Shown: in pieces, positions 1 to 9,675 of the stretch | Layout of the letters: every line of letters starts with the position of its first letter | How positions within the stretch are numbered: position 1 is the stretch's first letter | From: Syntrophales bacterium | GTDB taxonomy: Bacteria; Desulfobacterota; Syntrophia; Syntrophales; PHBD01 | DNA: 64,000 bases | Assembly: GCA_963668175.1 (NCBI GenBank) | Contig: OY764159.1 | Location: forward strand, 96,001 to 160,000 | Reading direction: 5' to 3' | Program-made: the position numbers and the translations under genes | Notes under the pieces: generated by a model | What the model was told of the DNA's origin: nothing | Database searches by the model: none | Seen by the model: only the letters and a program-made list of their open reading frames with translations

Positions 1-613
1 CTTTCTTAAGCCAACGGATCGATTCTTCGCTGAACAGCAGCATAAGCTGGCCGGAAACTTCACGTTTTTCAAAATTGAAGATGGTTCTCAAAACGATGAC
101 ATGATCATGTAGAGCCGTTAATTTATGCAAGGCAATTGCCCCGGCATGCTTTTCAAGCAGGACAGTCGGCGGCGAATAGGTCATAACATCGTTCAAAATA
201 TCTGCGATCTTGCCTATACACGCCCCGATCAGAATATTGCCGATTTCCATCAGGGCCGCTTTTTCCAGTTCATCAATCGGATCGGCCCCGTAGGTGTCCA
301 GGTCGTCTCCGGACAGGATGCTGATCAATGCTTTTCCCGATCCGGCGGGAAAAATCAGCAATGCATGCCCCTTGCACTTACCCCAGAATTTCTGTTCGAC
401 GACACTGATGGGCTCACGATTCCGTATTGCCTCACCGATATATTGAGAGATATCGTCTGTCTTCTTCACATGGACATCGGGGACGCTTAATTTGATGAAA
501 ATATCGATATATTCGGCAAGATCGGCAGTTGCTTTGCCGAAGGCAATATTCATGAGTTCTTGAAGGATTTCGATTTCTTCGTCGGCGATGCGGTCTTGTT
601 CGATATCAGTCAT
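1..613 (-). CDS. CheC-like chemotaxis phosphatase (3' end runs off the window)
   Basis: Not in the ORF track; translated by hand from the ATG at 613: MTDIEQDRIADEEIEILQELMNIAFGKATADLA... and later ...AALMEIGNILIGACIGKIADIL. Two ExxN CheC motifs; directly downstream of a receiver-domain gene. Confidence 0.8.
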   Translation of the reverse strand, partial: MTDIEQDRIADEEIEILQELMNIAFGKATADLAEYIDIFIKLSVPDVHVKKTDDISQYIGEAIRNREPISVVEQKFWGKCKGHALLIFPAGSGKALISILSGDDLDTYGADPIDELEKAALMEIGNILIGACIGKIADILNDVMTYSPPTVLLEKHAGAIALHKLTALHDHVIVLRTIFNFEKREVSGQLMLLFSEESIRWLKK

Positions 614-617
614 GCAT

Positions 618-995
618 TTACGCATTCGTCAGAATGCCGAGGGCCTCCGACAAGGCCTTCTGAACGGTCTCTTTGGATGCCGGTTTTCTTATAAAGCTAA
701 GCGCTCCAAGCGACATGGCTTTTCCGATGGATTGGATCTGGACATCAGCCGTGCACATGATAACGATAGCCTTTCCGTCAATTTTCATGATTTCTTCCAG
801 ACATCGCATACCGTCCATTTCCGGCATGGTAATATCCATAAAAGTGATATCGGGCTGGATACCTTTAAAAGCTTCCAATGCAGAACGGCCGTCCGCCGCC
901 TCATGAAACTCGAATTCGCTTTCCGTGATGATACAGCTTTTCAGAATCTTGCGGGCGACGGGTGAATCGTCAACAATAAGAATCTTTTTAGCCAT
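618..995 (-). CDS. Single-domain response regulator (CheY-like)
   Basis: KILIVDDS, FMDITMPEMDG (phospho-Asp), T and KP motifs. Confidence 0.92.
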   Translation of the reverse strand: MAKKILIVDDSPVARKILKSCIITESEFEFHEAADGRSALEAFKGIQPDITFMDITMPEMDGMRCLEEIMKIDGKAIVIMCTADVQIQSIGKAMSLGALSFIRKPASKETVQKALSEALGILTNA

Positions 996-1206
996 TTATC
1001 ATCAAACTCCTTACACTTAACCGCCTAATAAATCATATTCCGTACATTAAGCTCCTTCAACCGTCTCGATAGTAACACCCTACTACTACAGTATTACATA
1101 TAGCAGGATTGTACGACAAAGAAAAGATGAAGTTCATCTATATTCATTCCCGACAATTCAAGGATGGCTTGTCGTGTTAATGCTCACGTTCTTCATGACT
1201 TTTCCC

Positions 1207-1235
1207 TTGATTCCTGCCATTCCCGCTAGTATATT
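1207..1235 (+). promoter_or_regulatory. Putative sigma70 promoter
   Basis: TTGATT-17 nt-TATATT upstream of the ORF at 1324. Confidence 0.5.
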
Positions 1236-1323
1236 GACATTATGAATGGTCAGGCTATTCTACATCTCGGGGAAATGCCCAACTTAAAAAGAAACCTGCT
1301 GAACATACCAAGGAGGTATCCGA

Positions 1324-2028
1324 ATGAGACCCCCCGCCCCTAAGAGCGTTACCCAACTGATTGAAGATCACATTCAGCAATGGCAAGTCGGCGGCAAGAG
1401 GAAGTACAAGCAGCCGATCCGTCCTGTCGTCACCCTGTCGCGGCTTCCGGGCAGCGGCGGCGAAGTTCTGGGCCGCAAGCTCGCCGAAAATCTAAAAATC
1501 AGTTATTTCGACAATGAAATCATCGAAGCTATTGCAAAGAGCGCCAAAGTCGGAGATACGATCGTTGAAACGCTCGACGAGCAGGATCGGTCCATGCTGA
1601 GCGACTGGATTTCCGCCCTTTTGGGAGATCAGCAGTTATGGCCCTACGAATATCTGCATCATTTATCCAGGGTTGTCGGCGCGATCGCGGCGCACGGCCA
1701 TGCCGTCATCGTGGGGAGAGGAGCCGGCTTTATTCTCCCCCCCGAGATCAGCCTCAGGGTGTTGGTCGTGGCGCCCATGGAAGACAGGGTGAGGAACGTT
1801 GCCGAGATGTTCAAGGTTCCTGAAGAGGAAGCCAGGAAGCGGGTTATCAGAGCGGAGTCGGAAAGGCGGGCATATATTCGGCGTTATTTTAATGTCGATA
1901 TGATGGACCCTATTTACTACGATCTCATCATCAATACCCAATATCTCACGATCGATAACGGCGTGGAAATCGTCAAAGCGGCATACAACACCCGCCGTTG
2001 GTACGATTATTCTACACGGGAAAAGTGA
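1324..2028 (+). CDS. Cytidylate kinase-like family protein
   Basis: VVTLSRLPGSGG P-loop variant, VIVGRGA and YDLIINT motifs; AGGAGG RBS. Confidence 0.85.
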   Translation: MRPPAPKSVTQLIEDHIQQWQVGGKRKYKQPIRPVVTLSRLPGSGGEVLGRKLAENLKISYFDNEIIEAIAKSAKVGDTIVETLDEQDRSMLSDWISALLGDQQLWPYEYLHHLSRVVGAIAAHGHAVIVGRGAGFILPPEISLRVLVVAPMEDRVRNVAEMFKVPEEEARKRVIRAESERRAYIRRYFNVDMMDPIYYDLIINTQYLTIDNGVEIVKAAYNTRRWYDYSTREK

Positions 2029-2035
2029 GAAGAAA

Positions 2036-2073
2036 ACCGCCCCGTTCCCGGTCGACCCCGGAACCGGGGCGGT
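2036..2073. terminator. Stem-loop between convergent genes
   Basis: accgccccg ... cggggcggt inverted repeat; T-rich tail on the minus strand. Confidence 0.6.
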
Positions 2074-2110
2074 CAAACGGAAGTCCCGGATATCATTCAA
2101 GGAACAACCT

Positions 2111-3985
2111 TCAAACAAACGTCATCTTCAACTCATACACACCGGCCACAATACTTTTTTCGATTTCAAAGCCTCCCCGCTCAAAGACATGGAGCATCGG
2201 CTCGTTTTCCGCAAGGACTTCGGCCGTAAATCCCAGCAAACCCTGCCTCTTGGCAAGGTATGTCAGATACGAAAGCAATTCGGTACCGACGCCTTGCTGC
2301 TGATAGTCGTCCCTGACGGCAAAGGCAACCTCGGCCGAATGTTTGTTCGGCTCCACATAGTACCGCCCGATACCGATAATCTCCTCTTGGGCCTCCTGGC
2401 CAATAACGGCCAAGATTGCTATTTCTTTGGTATAATCGATGACGACCAGCGACTGAAGCCGTTCATGGGGCATGTCGGTTCGCGAAGAAATGAATCGCCG
2501 ATAGAGACTCTGGTCGGAAAGGGAATAGATGAAATTTTTATAACGGGCCTCATCGGAGATCTTGATCGGCCGGAAGAATATATTGAAGCCCTTGCTTGTT
2601 GTTCTGTAAGCTTCCATATTCTCGGGGTATTGGCCTTCGGTGCCGGGTATAAAAGCCTGGTCCCGATAAATCAAGCCCGCCTTTTTGGCTTCGCTGATGA
2701 GCCAGCCCCGAAACTTGGGATGAGCAATGGCAATGAGCTCCATCGCCCTTTCGCGGATGTTCTTGCCGCTCAAGTACGCGATGCCGTATTCCGTAACCAC
2801 ATACTGAACATCGCCGCGGGTCATCGAGGTCCCGGCCCCCTCCTTCAGAAAAGGCACGATCCGGGATACGACTTCACATGCCGCAGTCGACTGGATCGCG
2901 AGAATCGTCTTGCCCTTTTTCGCCAGGGCGGCGCCGCGCATGAAGTCGGCATGCCCGCCGACACCGCTGTAGAACGTCTTTCCGATGGACTCCGCCGTGG
3001 CCTGACCGGTCAGATCGATTTCCAAAGCGCTGTTGATCGCCACCATGTGCTCATGGCGGGCGATAATCAGCGGATCGTTCGTATAGTCTATCGTCCTGAA
3101 TTCAATCGCGGGATTGTCGTCAACATAGGCATAGGTTTCCCGATGTCCCATGCAGAAGCTTGCTACGGTTTTTCCCCGGTCGATGACTTTTCTGGAGTTG
3201 TCTATGACTCCTTTCTGCATCAGCTCGACGATGCCGTCCGACAGCAATTCCGTATGCACGCCCAGGTGTTTCTTGCCCGAGAGATGGGAAAGAAGGGCAT
3301 TCGGAATGCTGCCGTATCCCACCTGGATCGTATCGCCGTCTTCGATCAAACGGGAAATGTAATTGCCGATCTTGGTCGTAATATCCGTGTCCGATTCGGG
3401 CGTGTATTCCAGGAGCGGCTCATTATAAGGAATCAGGAAATCAATGTTGTCGATATGGACGAAGCCCTCGCCGTGGACCCGGGGCATGTATGTATTGGCT
3501 TGAACGATAACGGTCTTGGCCATCTCCGTAGCCGCCTTTACGATATCGACGCTGATCCCCATGCTCATATAACCGTGATCGTCGGGTACCGACGTCTGGA
3601 TCAGGACGACGTCCACCCGCGCGAGCCCGCGGTAGAAAAGATCGGGCACCTTGGAAAGGAAAACAGGTGTGTAATCGGCCACCCCGGTGTTGATAGCTTC
3701 ACGGGTCGGATCGCCGATAAAGAAGGAATTGTGCCGAAAATTCTGTTTGAATTTTTCATCGGCATACGGCGCGACCCCCAGTGTCCTCACATGGATGACC
3801 TCGGCATCAAAGAAAGCTTTCGGATTGGATTTAACATACCGTATGAGTGAATGGACCAGATATTGCGGTTCGGCACAGGCAGATCCGATGAAGATCACAT
3901 CGCCGCGGTGGACGTTGTTGAACACCTTCTCCACCGGTACAAACTTGTCCGGATATGCTTCTTTCCAGTCAGCAAGCGACTTCAT
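2111..3985 (-). CDS. Acetyl-CoA hydrolase/transferase (4-hydroxybutyrate CoA-transferase-like) fused to a C-terminal GNAT acetyltransferase
   Basis: IQVGYGSIP, GVHTE (catalytic Glu), SGVGGHADF, YVVTEYG; C-terminal AVRDDYQQQGVG acetyl-CoA-binding GNAT motif. Confidence 0.9.
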   Translation of the reverse strand: MKSLADWKEAYPDKFVPVEKVFNNVHRGDVIFIGSACAEPQYLVHSLIRYVKSNPKAFFDAEVIHVRTLGVAPYADEKFKQNFRHNSFFIGDPTREAINTGVADYTPVFLSKVPDLFYRGLARVDVVLIQTSVPDDHGYMSMGISVDIVKAATEMAKTVIVQANTYMPRVHGEGFVHIDNIDFLIPYNEPLLEYTPESDTDITTKIGNYISRLIEDGDTIQVGYGSIPNALLSHLSGKKHLGVHTELLSDGIVELMQKGVIDNSRKVIDRGKTVASFCMGHRETYAYVDDNPAIEFRTIDYTNDPLIIARHEHMVAINSALEIDLTGQATAESIGKTFYSGVGGHADFMRGAALAKKGKTILAIQSTAACEVVSRIVPFLKEGAGTSMTRGDVQYVVTEYGIAYLSGKNIRERAMELIAIAHPKFRGWLISEAKKAGLIYRDQAFIPGTEGQYPENMEAYRTTSKGFNIFFRPIKISDEARYKNFIYSLSDQSLYRRFISSRTDMPHERLQSLVVIDYTKEIAILAVIGQEAQEEIIGIGRYYVEPNKHSAEVAFAVRDDYQQQGVGTELLSYLTYLAKRQGLLGFTAEVLAENEPMLHVFERGGFEIEKSIVAGVYELKMTFV

Positions 3986-4029
3986 CTCCTGTCCTCCTCT
4001 TTCTCCATCATCTATAAAATATGTCCTTT

Positions 4030-6162
4030 TTATTTTCCGTTTTCAAAACCGGCCGGTCGCAAGACAAGCCGTCTGATCATTTCATCCTTGTCCGTCGTCG
4101 GCTCAAGACAGGTCTTGCCATGGCAGACATAGGCCGTAGCCCCACCGGTTTTGGCCGTCATATGCTCCGTAAAGGGCGCTATTACGGCAATTTCCGGCGA
4201 TGGGTCATCGGCCGGACGGTATAGAATAGCCAGTTCGGGGAGATAACATTCAGCAAGCCGTCGAAGCATGGCTTCCGTATCGACGCCGCCGGGCTCACCC
4301 ACAACGACCACTTCCCTCGAATCTATCTCAAGCAAATTTAGTGCCGTCATGAAGCACGAACAGGCCGACGGGAGCCTGGCTATCGTTCCCGAAAAGGCAT
4401 GAACGACCCGGCGGGCCTCCTCTTCCAGATCGCTCCGTCCGGTCAGCCTGGACAGGCGGATCAGATTGACGGCCGTCAAAGCATTGCCTGACGGGGTTGC
4501 CCCATCGTAGGCCTCCTTTTTCCGGAAGACCGTATTTTTCCCGTCATGGGCCGTGAAAAAAAATCCCCCCGATTTCACATCGAGAAAATACTTCGTGCAG
4601 TCTTCCTGGAGGGACAACGCCAGCTTCAAACAGCCGGTATCGAAACTTACCTGGTAATAATGAATCAGGCCCCATATGAAGAATGCGTAGTCGTCCAGGT
4701 TGGCGGGAATACCTTCGCCGTTTCCCCGCAGGCAATGCAGAAGCCTGCCGCGGCTATCTCGTAAACGGCTGCAGACGAAGTCGATGGCGGCCTTAGCGTG
4801 CTCCAGATATGTGCTCACACCCAACACGCGCGCCCCCTCGGACAATGCGGCGATCATGAGGCCGTTCCAGTCCGTCAGGATCTTATCGTCCCTCTGGGGA
4901 CGTACGCGCCTGGATCGGTATGTAAAGAGGCGCTGCCTTGCCGCTTCCAGTTTCTTCTCGAACTCTTCCGGAGGAAGTCCTAACGTCCCGGCAAATTCAG
5001 CGGCTGCCATGGCAGTGTGGAGGATGTTCATCCCCGTTTTTCTTCCGGTCGACTCATCCCTGAAATTGCCGTCCTGGTCGATGCGATAAAATTTCAAGAA
5101 CCACAGCGTGTCTTCGCGGTCCAGGAGACCGGCCACTTCCTCGTACCGCCACAGGTAAAACTTGCCTTCGCGGCCTTCGCTGTCGGCATCTTCCGCCGTA
5201 TAGAATCCTCCTTCGGGCGATGTCATATCCCGCAAAACGTAAGCCAGGACGTCTGAGGCCGTTTGCCTGTAAATGATGCGGCCCGTAGCTTGATAGGCCT
5301 CCAGATAGACAAGGGCGAGCTGTGCCTGGTCGTACAGCATCTTCTCGAAATGGGGAACAAGCCACCGGTCATCCGTCGAATAGCGGTGGAAACCATAGCC
5401 TACCTGGTCATATATGCCGCCCTGGCGCATGCATCGGAGCGTCGTTTCGACCATTTCCAGAGCCCGATCGTCTCCGAAACGTTTCCAGTAACGCAGAAGA
5501 AACAGAAGATGCCATGGCAGGGGAAATTTCGGAGCGGGCAGGAATCCGCCGCGGTCGTGGTCGAACATGTCTGCAAGTTCATCATAGGCCCGCTTGCTGA
5601 TCCCCGATATATCCGCCGCCGGAGTCTGCCGTTCGAACCGCTTCAGCTCTTTGCTTATCTCCTCCGCGGCATTAAGGGCATCGTTTCGCCGTGAGGACCA
5701 GATATTCCGGACAAGCGGGATTAGTTCCAGCATGCCCATTCTTCCCGACGCATTGTTTTTCGGCAGATACGTGGCCGCATAAAACGGCAGTCCTTCAGGG
5801 GTCAGAATAACGGTCAGGGGCCAGCCACCCGTGCCGGTCAGCAATTGACAGGCCGTCATGTAGACTTTATCGATGTCGGGCCTCTCTTCGCGATCGGCTT
5901 TGACAGAGATGAAGACTTCATTCATCAGCGCCGCGACTTCCGCATCTTCGAACGATTCATGCGCCATCACGTGACACCAGTGACAGGCAGAGTAGCCGAT
6001 GGAGAGAAAAACCGGCTTCCCCTCGGCTCTGGCTTTCGCGAAGGCCTCTTCACCCCAGGGATACCAGTCGACGGGATTTTTGGCATGCTGCTGCAAATAG
6101 GGGCTCTTCTCATGGATAAGCCGGTTGGGAGGTGCGGAGGAGATCGGATTCTCACTCATCAT
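4030..6162 (-). CDS. Thioredoxin-domain protein, YyaL/DUF255 family
   Basis: [32 protein letters not shown] and [11 protein letters not shown] motifs. Confidence 0.92.
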   Translation of the reverse strand: MMSENPISSAPPNRLIHEKSPYLQQHAKNPVDWYPWGEEAFAKARAEGKPVFLSIGYSACHWCHVMAHESFEDAEVAALMNEVFISVKADREERPDIDKVYMTACQLLTGTGGWPLTVILTPEGLPFYAATYLPKNNASGRMGMLELIPLVRNIWSSRRNDALNAAEEISKELKRFERQTPAADISGISKRAYDELADMFDHDRGGFLPAPKFPLPWHLLFLLRYWKRFGDDRALEMVETTLRCMRQGGIYDQVGYGFHRYSTDDRWLVPHFEKMLYDQAQLALVYLEAYQATGRIIYRQTASDVLAYVLRDMTSPEGGFYTAEDADSEGREGKFYLWRYEEVAGLLDREDTLWFLKFYRIDQDGNFRDESTGRKTGMNILHTAMAAAEFAGTLGLPPEEFEKKLEAARQRLFTYRSRRVRPQRDDKILTDWNGLMIAALSEGARVLGVSTYLEHAKAAIDFVCSRLRDSRGRLLHCLRGNGEGIPANLDDYAFFIWGLIHYYQVSFDTGCLKLALSLQEDCTKYFLDVKSGGFFFTAHDGKNTVFRKKEAYDGATPSGNALTAVNLIRLSRLTGRSDLEEEARRVVHAFSGTIARLPSACSCFMTALNLLEIDSREVVVVGEPGGVDTEAMLRRLAECYLPELAILYRPADDPSPEIAVIAPFTEHMTAKTGGATAYVCHGKTCLEPTTDKDEMIRRLVLRPAGFENGK

Positions 6163-6663
6163 AGCGTTACATCTTGCCGGATTTTGTCAAACCCGATCTT
6201 GGTGCCTTTCTGTCCGATGGCAGGCGGCAAATTGCTGAGCACGAGACAAACATGCATGAAACGCGGTTTGCATAAAAGGAACATCCCGCGCCATTTTCTT
6301 CCGGATGACCGTATTGCAGCTATTTTGAGGACCTTAGTTTATGAAAACCATTGAGAAAAGAGGCCTCTCAACATCCTCAGCTTTCTCTACATCCACCGCA
6401 ACGACGACTTGTCGTACCGTCACCCATAGTATGGATTATAAAGGAAGAATGGCCTGAAAGCAAGCAAAAGGCCGGATCATGATATCCATAGCAGCGCGCC
6501 GGCTCCATGCGAAATCGCAAACCGCCCGAGAGCCGATCCCGATACAACAGACGACAGGCCGACTGCTTATTTCCCCTCTCGGCAAACTATGATATACATT
6601 AACCATATTGAAAGATGAAAACCGAAAATCGTCACATAAACGATCAGGAAGGAGGATGAAGCC

Positions 6664-7272
6664 ATGTTGGATAAGATATCCTGGTTGGGGCATTCAAGCA
6701 TTAAAATCAAGACGGACAAAGTTATCTACATCGATCCCTGGAAACTCAAGGATCAAGAAAAGGCGGATTTAATCCTCATCAGCCACAGTCATGGAGATCA
6801 TTTATCGCCCTCCGACGTGAAAAAAATTCAGAAGGATGAGACCGTCATCATCACCACGGCCGATTGCGCCTCCCAACTGAGCGGCAACATCAGAACCGTC
6901 CGACCCGGCGACGTGGTCACTGTTTACGAAATAAAAGTAGAGGCCGTTCCTTCCTATAATGTCTCCAAAACCTTCCACCCGGCGGCCAACGGTTGGGTCG
7001 GCTTTGTGATTACCTTGGCCGGGAAAAGAATCTACTACGCCGGGGATACCGATTCCGTGCCCGAATTAAAGAATATCGAGGCCGATATCATGATCATGCC
7101 CGTAGGGGGAACATACACGATGACAGCCGAGGAAGCCGCCCAGGCAGTCAATCTCGTCAATCCTGAGGCCGCAATCCCGATCCACTGGGGCGACATCATC
7201 GGCTCCGCGGCCGATGCCGATAAATTCAAGCGGCTGTGCCGGGTGCCGGTCGTCATCAAACCTATTGCATAA
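6664..7272 (+). CDS. MBL-fold metallo-hydrolase
   Basis: SHSHGDH, YYAGDT and PIHWG motifs; GGAGG RBS. Confidence 0.9.
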   Translation: MLDKISWLGHSSIKIKTDKVIYIDPWKLKDQEKADLILISHSHGDHLSPSDVKKIQKDETVIITTADCASQLSGNIRTVRPGDVVTVYEIKVEAVPSYNVSKTFHPAANGWVGFVITLAGKRIYYAGDTDSVPELKNIEADIMIMPVGGTYTMTAEEAAQAVNLVNPEAAIPIHWGDIIGSAADADKFKRLCRVPVVIKPIA

Positions 7273-7555
7273 GGACAATTTCGTCCGTTGCCGGCACAGA
7301 AATATCTTTTCCGGAGGCGGGGCGATTGCAGCGGCTTTCGTTCTACCTCGTTTTGTATCTTTTGTTTCTCCATTCGACCATTCCTTTCTCCCGTTTTTAT
7401 TATCGTCATCGCCGATTTTTCAAGCAATCCGGACCATCCCGTGAAACCTCATGCCTCTGAAGCCACAGAAAATGCCTGATTTTAAAGAGCTTTTCATAAA
7501 GCTATAAACTGCAATAATTAACGATAGTAAAAGATAGTGACGCATAAATATATTA

Positions 7556-7584
7556 TTGCAATGCTTGATAATGAATAGTATAAT
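7556..7584 (+). promoter_or_regulatory. Putative sigma70 promoter of the HTH/small-ORF unit
   Basis: TTGCAA-17 nt-TATAAT in an AT-rich tract; inverted repeats at 7510-7518/7552-7560 and 7603-7610/7616-7623. Confidence 0.55.
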
Positions 7585-7654
7585 CGGACAAAGTATAAGA
7601 ACCTCTATTAAACTATAATAGAGAACAAGAAAGTAAAAGTCGGTTGGGGGGAGG

Positions 7655-7855
7655 ATGGTTATGTTGGAGATCGGAGGCCACAAACTATACAATGTTCAAG
7701 AGCTTACGGAGAAATTGGATGTGACGAAACTTACCATCAGAACCTATATCAAACAGGGGAGGCTCGGCGCCCGGAAAATAGGGGGCAAGTGGTACGTGAC
7801 AGAGGAAGAACTCATCAGTTTCTTATCCTTAGCGGATCGCAGCAAAGAAGCATAG
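7655..7855 (+). CDS. Small helix-turn-helix DNA-binding protein (excisionase/HTH_17-like)
   Basis: LYNVQELTEKLDVTKLTIRTYIKQGRLGARKIGGKWYV is a typical excisionase-family winged HTH; GGAGG RBS; start may be the ATG at 7661. Confidence 0.85.
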   Translation: MVMLEIGGHKLYNVQELTEKLDVTKLTIRTYIKQGRLGARKIGGKWYVTEEELISFLSLADRSKEA

Positions 7856-7889
7856 GCCTAAACATCGCCCGGGAGAGGTAAAAACAAAG

Positions 7890-8075
7890 ATGCAGAAAAA
7901 CGGATATGGGGAATTGATGGCCAAGTATGTGGGAAACCGCTGGATTTACATCGACAGAAACAAGAGGGGAGAAGGCGTATTAAGGGATAGAGACGATAGT
8001 ACGCTGGTCCGCGATACGGAAACAGGGAATGAGGCGTCACAGGCGACACGGTCGATTATTGATAGACAAACCTAA
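7890..8075 (+). CDS. Small hypothetical protein (61 aa)
   Basis: GAGAGG upstream; co-oriented with the HTH gene; shares ELMxKYxGN with the next ORF. Confidence 0.5.
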   Translation: MQKNGYGELMAKYVGNRWIYIDRNKRGEGVLRDRDDSTLVRDTETGNEASQATRSIIDRQT

Positions 8076-8121
8076 CCTTGAGGTACGGAAGAAACCTCTG
8101 GTTTTCGCTCAAAGGGAGATC

Positions 8122-8310
8122 ATGTCCATGAATACGATCGAAAGAGAACTCATGAAAAAATATACCGGTAACGGCGGCGGCAGTTTCGGCAGACAGAACA
8201 TCAACACGGATACGAAGCCGGATCATAGCAGGATCATGATCAAAGAGGCCGAAAAGGAAACGAGGGAACAATCGGACCGCCTCATCCGCGAACTGATGGA
8301 AAGACTTTAA
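8122..8310 (+). CDS. Small hypothetical protein (about 62 aa)
   Basis: AAGGGAG RBS before ATGs at 8122/8128; MSMNTIERELMKKYTGN...; helical charged C-terminus; followed by a hairpin. Confidence 0.55.
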   Translation: MSMNTIERELMKKYTGNGGGSFGRQNINTDTKPDHSRIMIKEAEKETREQSDRLIRELMERL

Positions 8311-8328
8311 ACCCGCCCGCGAACTATC

Positions 8329-8356
8329 CAGGGGGGCGGCCTTTGCCGCACCCCTG
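8329..8356 (+). terminator. Putative intrinsic terminator
   Basis: cagggg..gcggc-cttt-gccgc.cccctg hairpin just after the ORF ending at 8310. Confidence 0.5.
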
Positions 8357-8546
8357 ATCCTTTACGACTCGTTTTCAAGACAGGCGTTTCCGCCCCGCAA
8401 ATTCGGCCGGCATTCACAGTACCTGTCCTATTCTCAACCGGAAAATCCTCTTGTTGCCGTTACGCCCTTTCCGCCGCACCTTCATTATGCGCCCGAGACA
8501 GGAAAAGGCGTCTTCTGAAAGCCTTTCTCCTGTCTGCATTCGTATT

Positions 8547-9443
8547 TTATCCTACATAAGACGGCAGGTCCCCAGGCTCCTTGCCTTGAAAACTGCAAGC
8601 GATATTGCAGGTTTTACAGGGCCCCTTGAGTGCCGGCAGAGGCGGCTCTCCTTTGATACCGTCTATGAAGTCAAGACATCGATTCACCGTTTCTTCGTCG
8701 CCGTCTACGATGAGCGAAACGGACCCTTCCGCGCCGCCATACCCCCCCGACGTAAAATGAACGGTATGCAGCCCGAAAAGGTTCTGGATGGCCTCTATTT
8801 CCGTCACGACGCTGCCGTCGGCCACACAGGCCATGCCGACGAGGGCGCCGATGGAGCGTCCCAGGGCAAGTCGGCCGCCATACCGGGCGGCTTCCTCCAC
8901 GGAGGGGATCAATTTTTCCAACCCTACCGGATAGATGGTCCTGATGCCCTGCGCTTTCAGCGCCATGTAGAACTGGCCCATCGTTCCGCCCACCGGGCTG
9001 GCCATGACCACGCCGACATTCCCCAGCGGGTCGACGGCATTGGCCCCTTTCAAGAGAATGTCGCCCTTGGTGAGGTTGTTGAGAACCTCCCCCGGTTCAA
9101 CGGCCAGAATCTCGCCCTTATGAAAGGTAACGGGCCTTGATCTCAATTCCTGGCTCAGGACGCAATAGAAACCCCTGATAACCTGACCTGCCATATATCT
9201 TTCCTTCTCGGTCTTTTCTCCGAGAAGTTCCTCGAGGATATAGGCGTTGGTCGAGCCGCGGCCAATGAGAAGATATCCGTTGTCCTTAGCCTTTTGTACT
9301 TCATCCAGACCCGCCACGGCCTTGCCGATCAGCCTTTTCGATTCCGACGGAGTCAATGTAAACAGCGCTTGCATTGCCAGCCTCCTTTCGGGAGTCATGT
9401 CCTCCCTTTCCGCGATATATGAATAATGTTTCTTCCAATCCAC
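8547..9443 (-). CDS. Hypothetical protein with C-terminal CxxCxxxC
   Basis: 298-aa ORF with natural protein composition; GRGSTNAY and KGANAVD motifs; CKTCNIAC near the C-terminus. Confidence 0.75.
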   Translation of the reverse strand: MDWKKHYSYIAEREDMTPERRLAMQALFTLTPSESKRLIGKAVAGLDEVQKAKDNGYLLIGRGSTNAYILEELLGEKTEKERYMAGQVIRGFYCVLSQELRSRPVTFHKGEILAVEPGEVLNNLTKGDILLKGANAVDPLGNVGVVMASPVGGTMGQFYMALKAQGIRTIYPVGLEKLIPSVEEAARYGGRLALGRSIGALVGMACVADGSVVTEIEAIQNLFGLHTVHFTSGGYGGAEGSVSLIVDGDEETVNRCLDFIDGIKGEPPLPALKGPCKTCNIACSFQGKEPGDLPSYVG

Positions 9444-9675
9444 CGCCCTTTTTTATCGATCCGGTTGCTTCTCCCTATTCAGATATATCATACCATGCCT
9501 CCTCGACGACCCCAACGGACTTTTTCATTTAAAACAAAATTTGAAAGTTATTCGTTAACGGATATGGCCGTGCGGCGTCACGGTCGACATTTTTTCAAGT
9601 TATGGTTGAACTTCGCATACAATCAGGGTATAAATTTTCCGTATTTCCGTATTCTCGGACAAGGCAATCAATCGG

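Noticed and set aside
7655..7855. Prophage or integrative element implied by the excisionase-like gene
   Set aside because: No integrase, att repeats or phage genes nearby.
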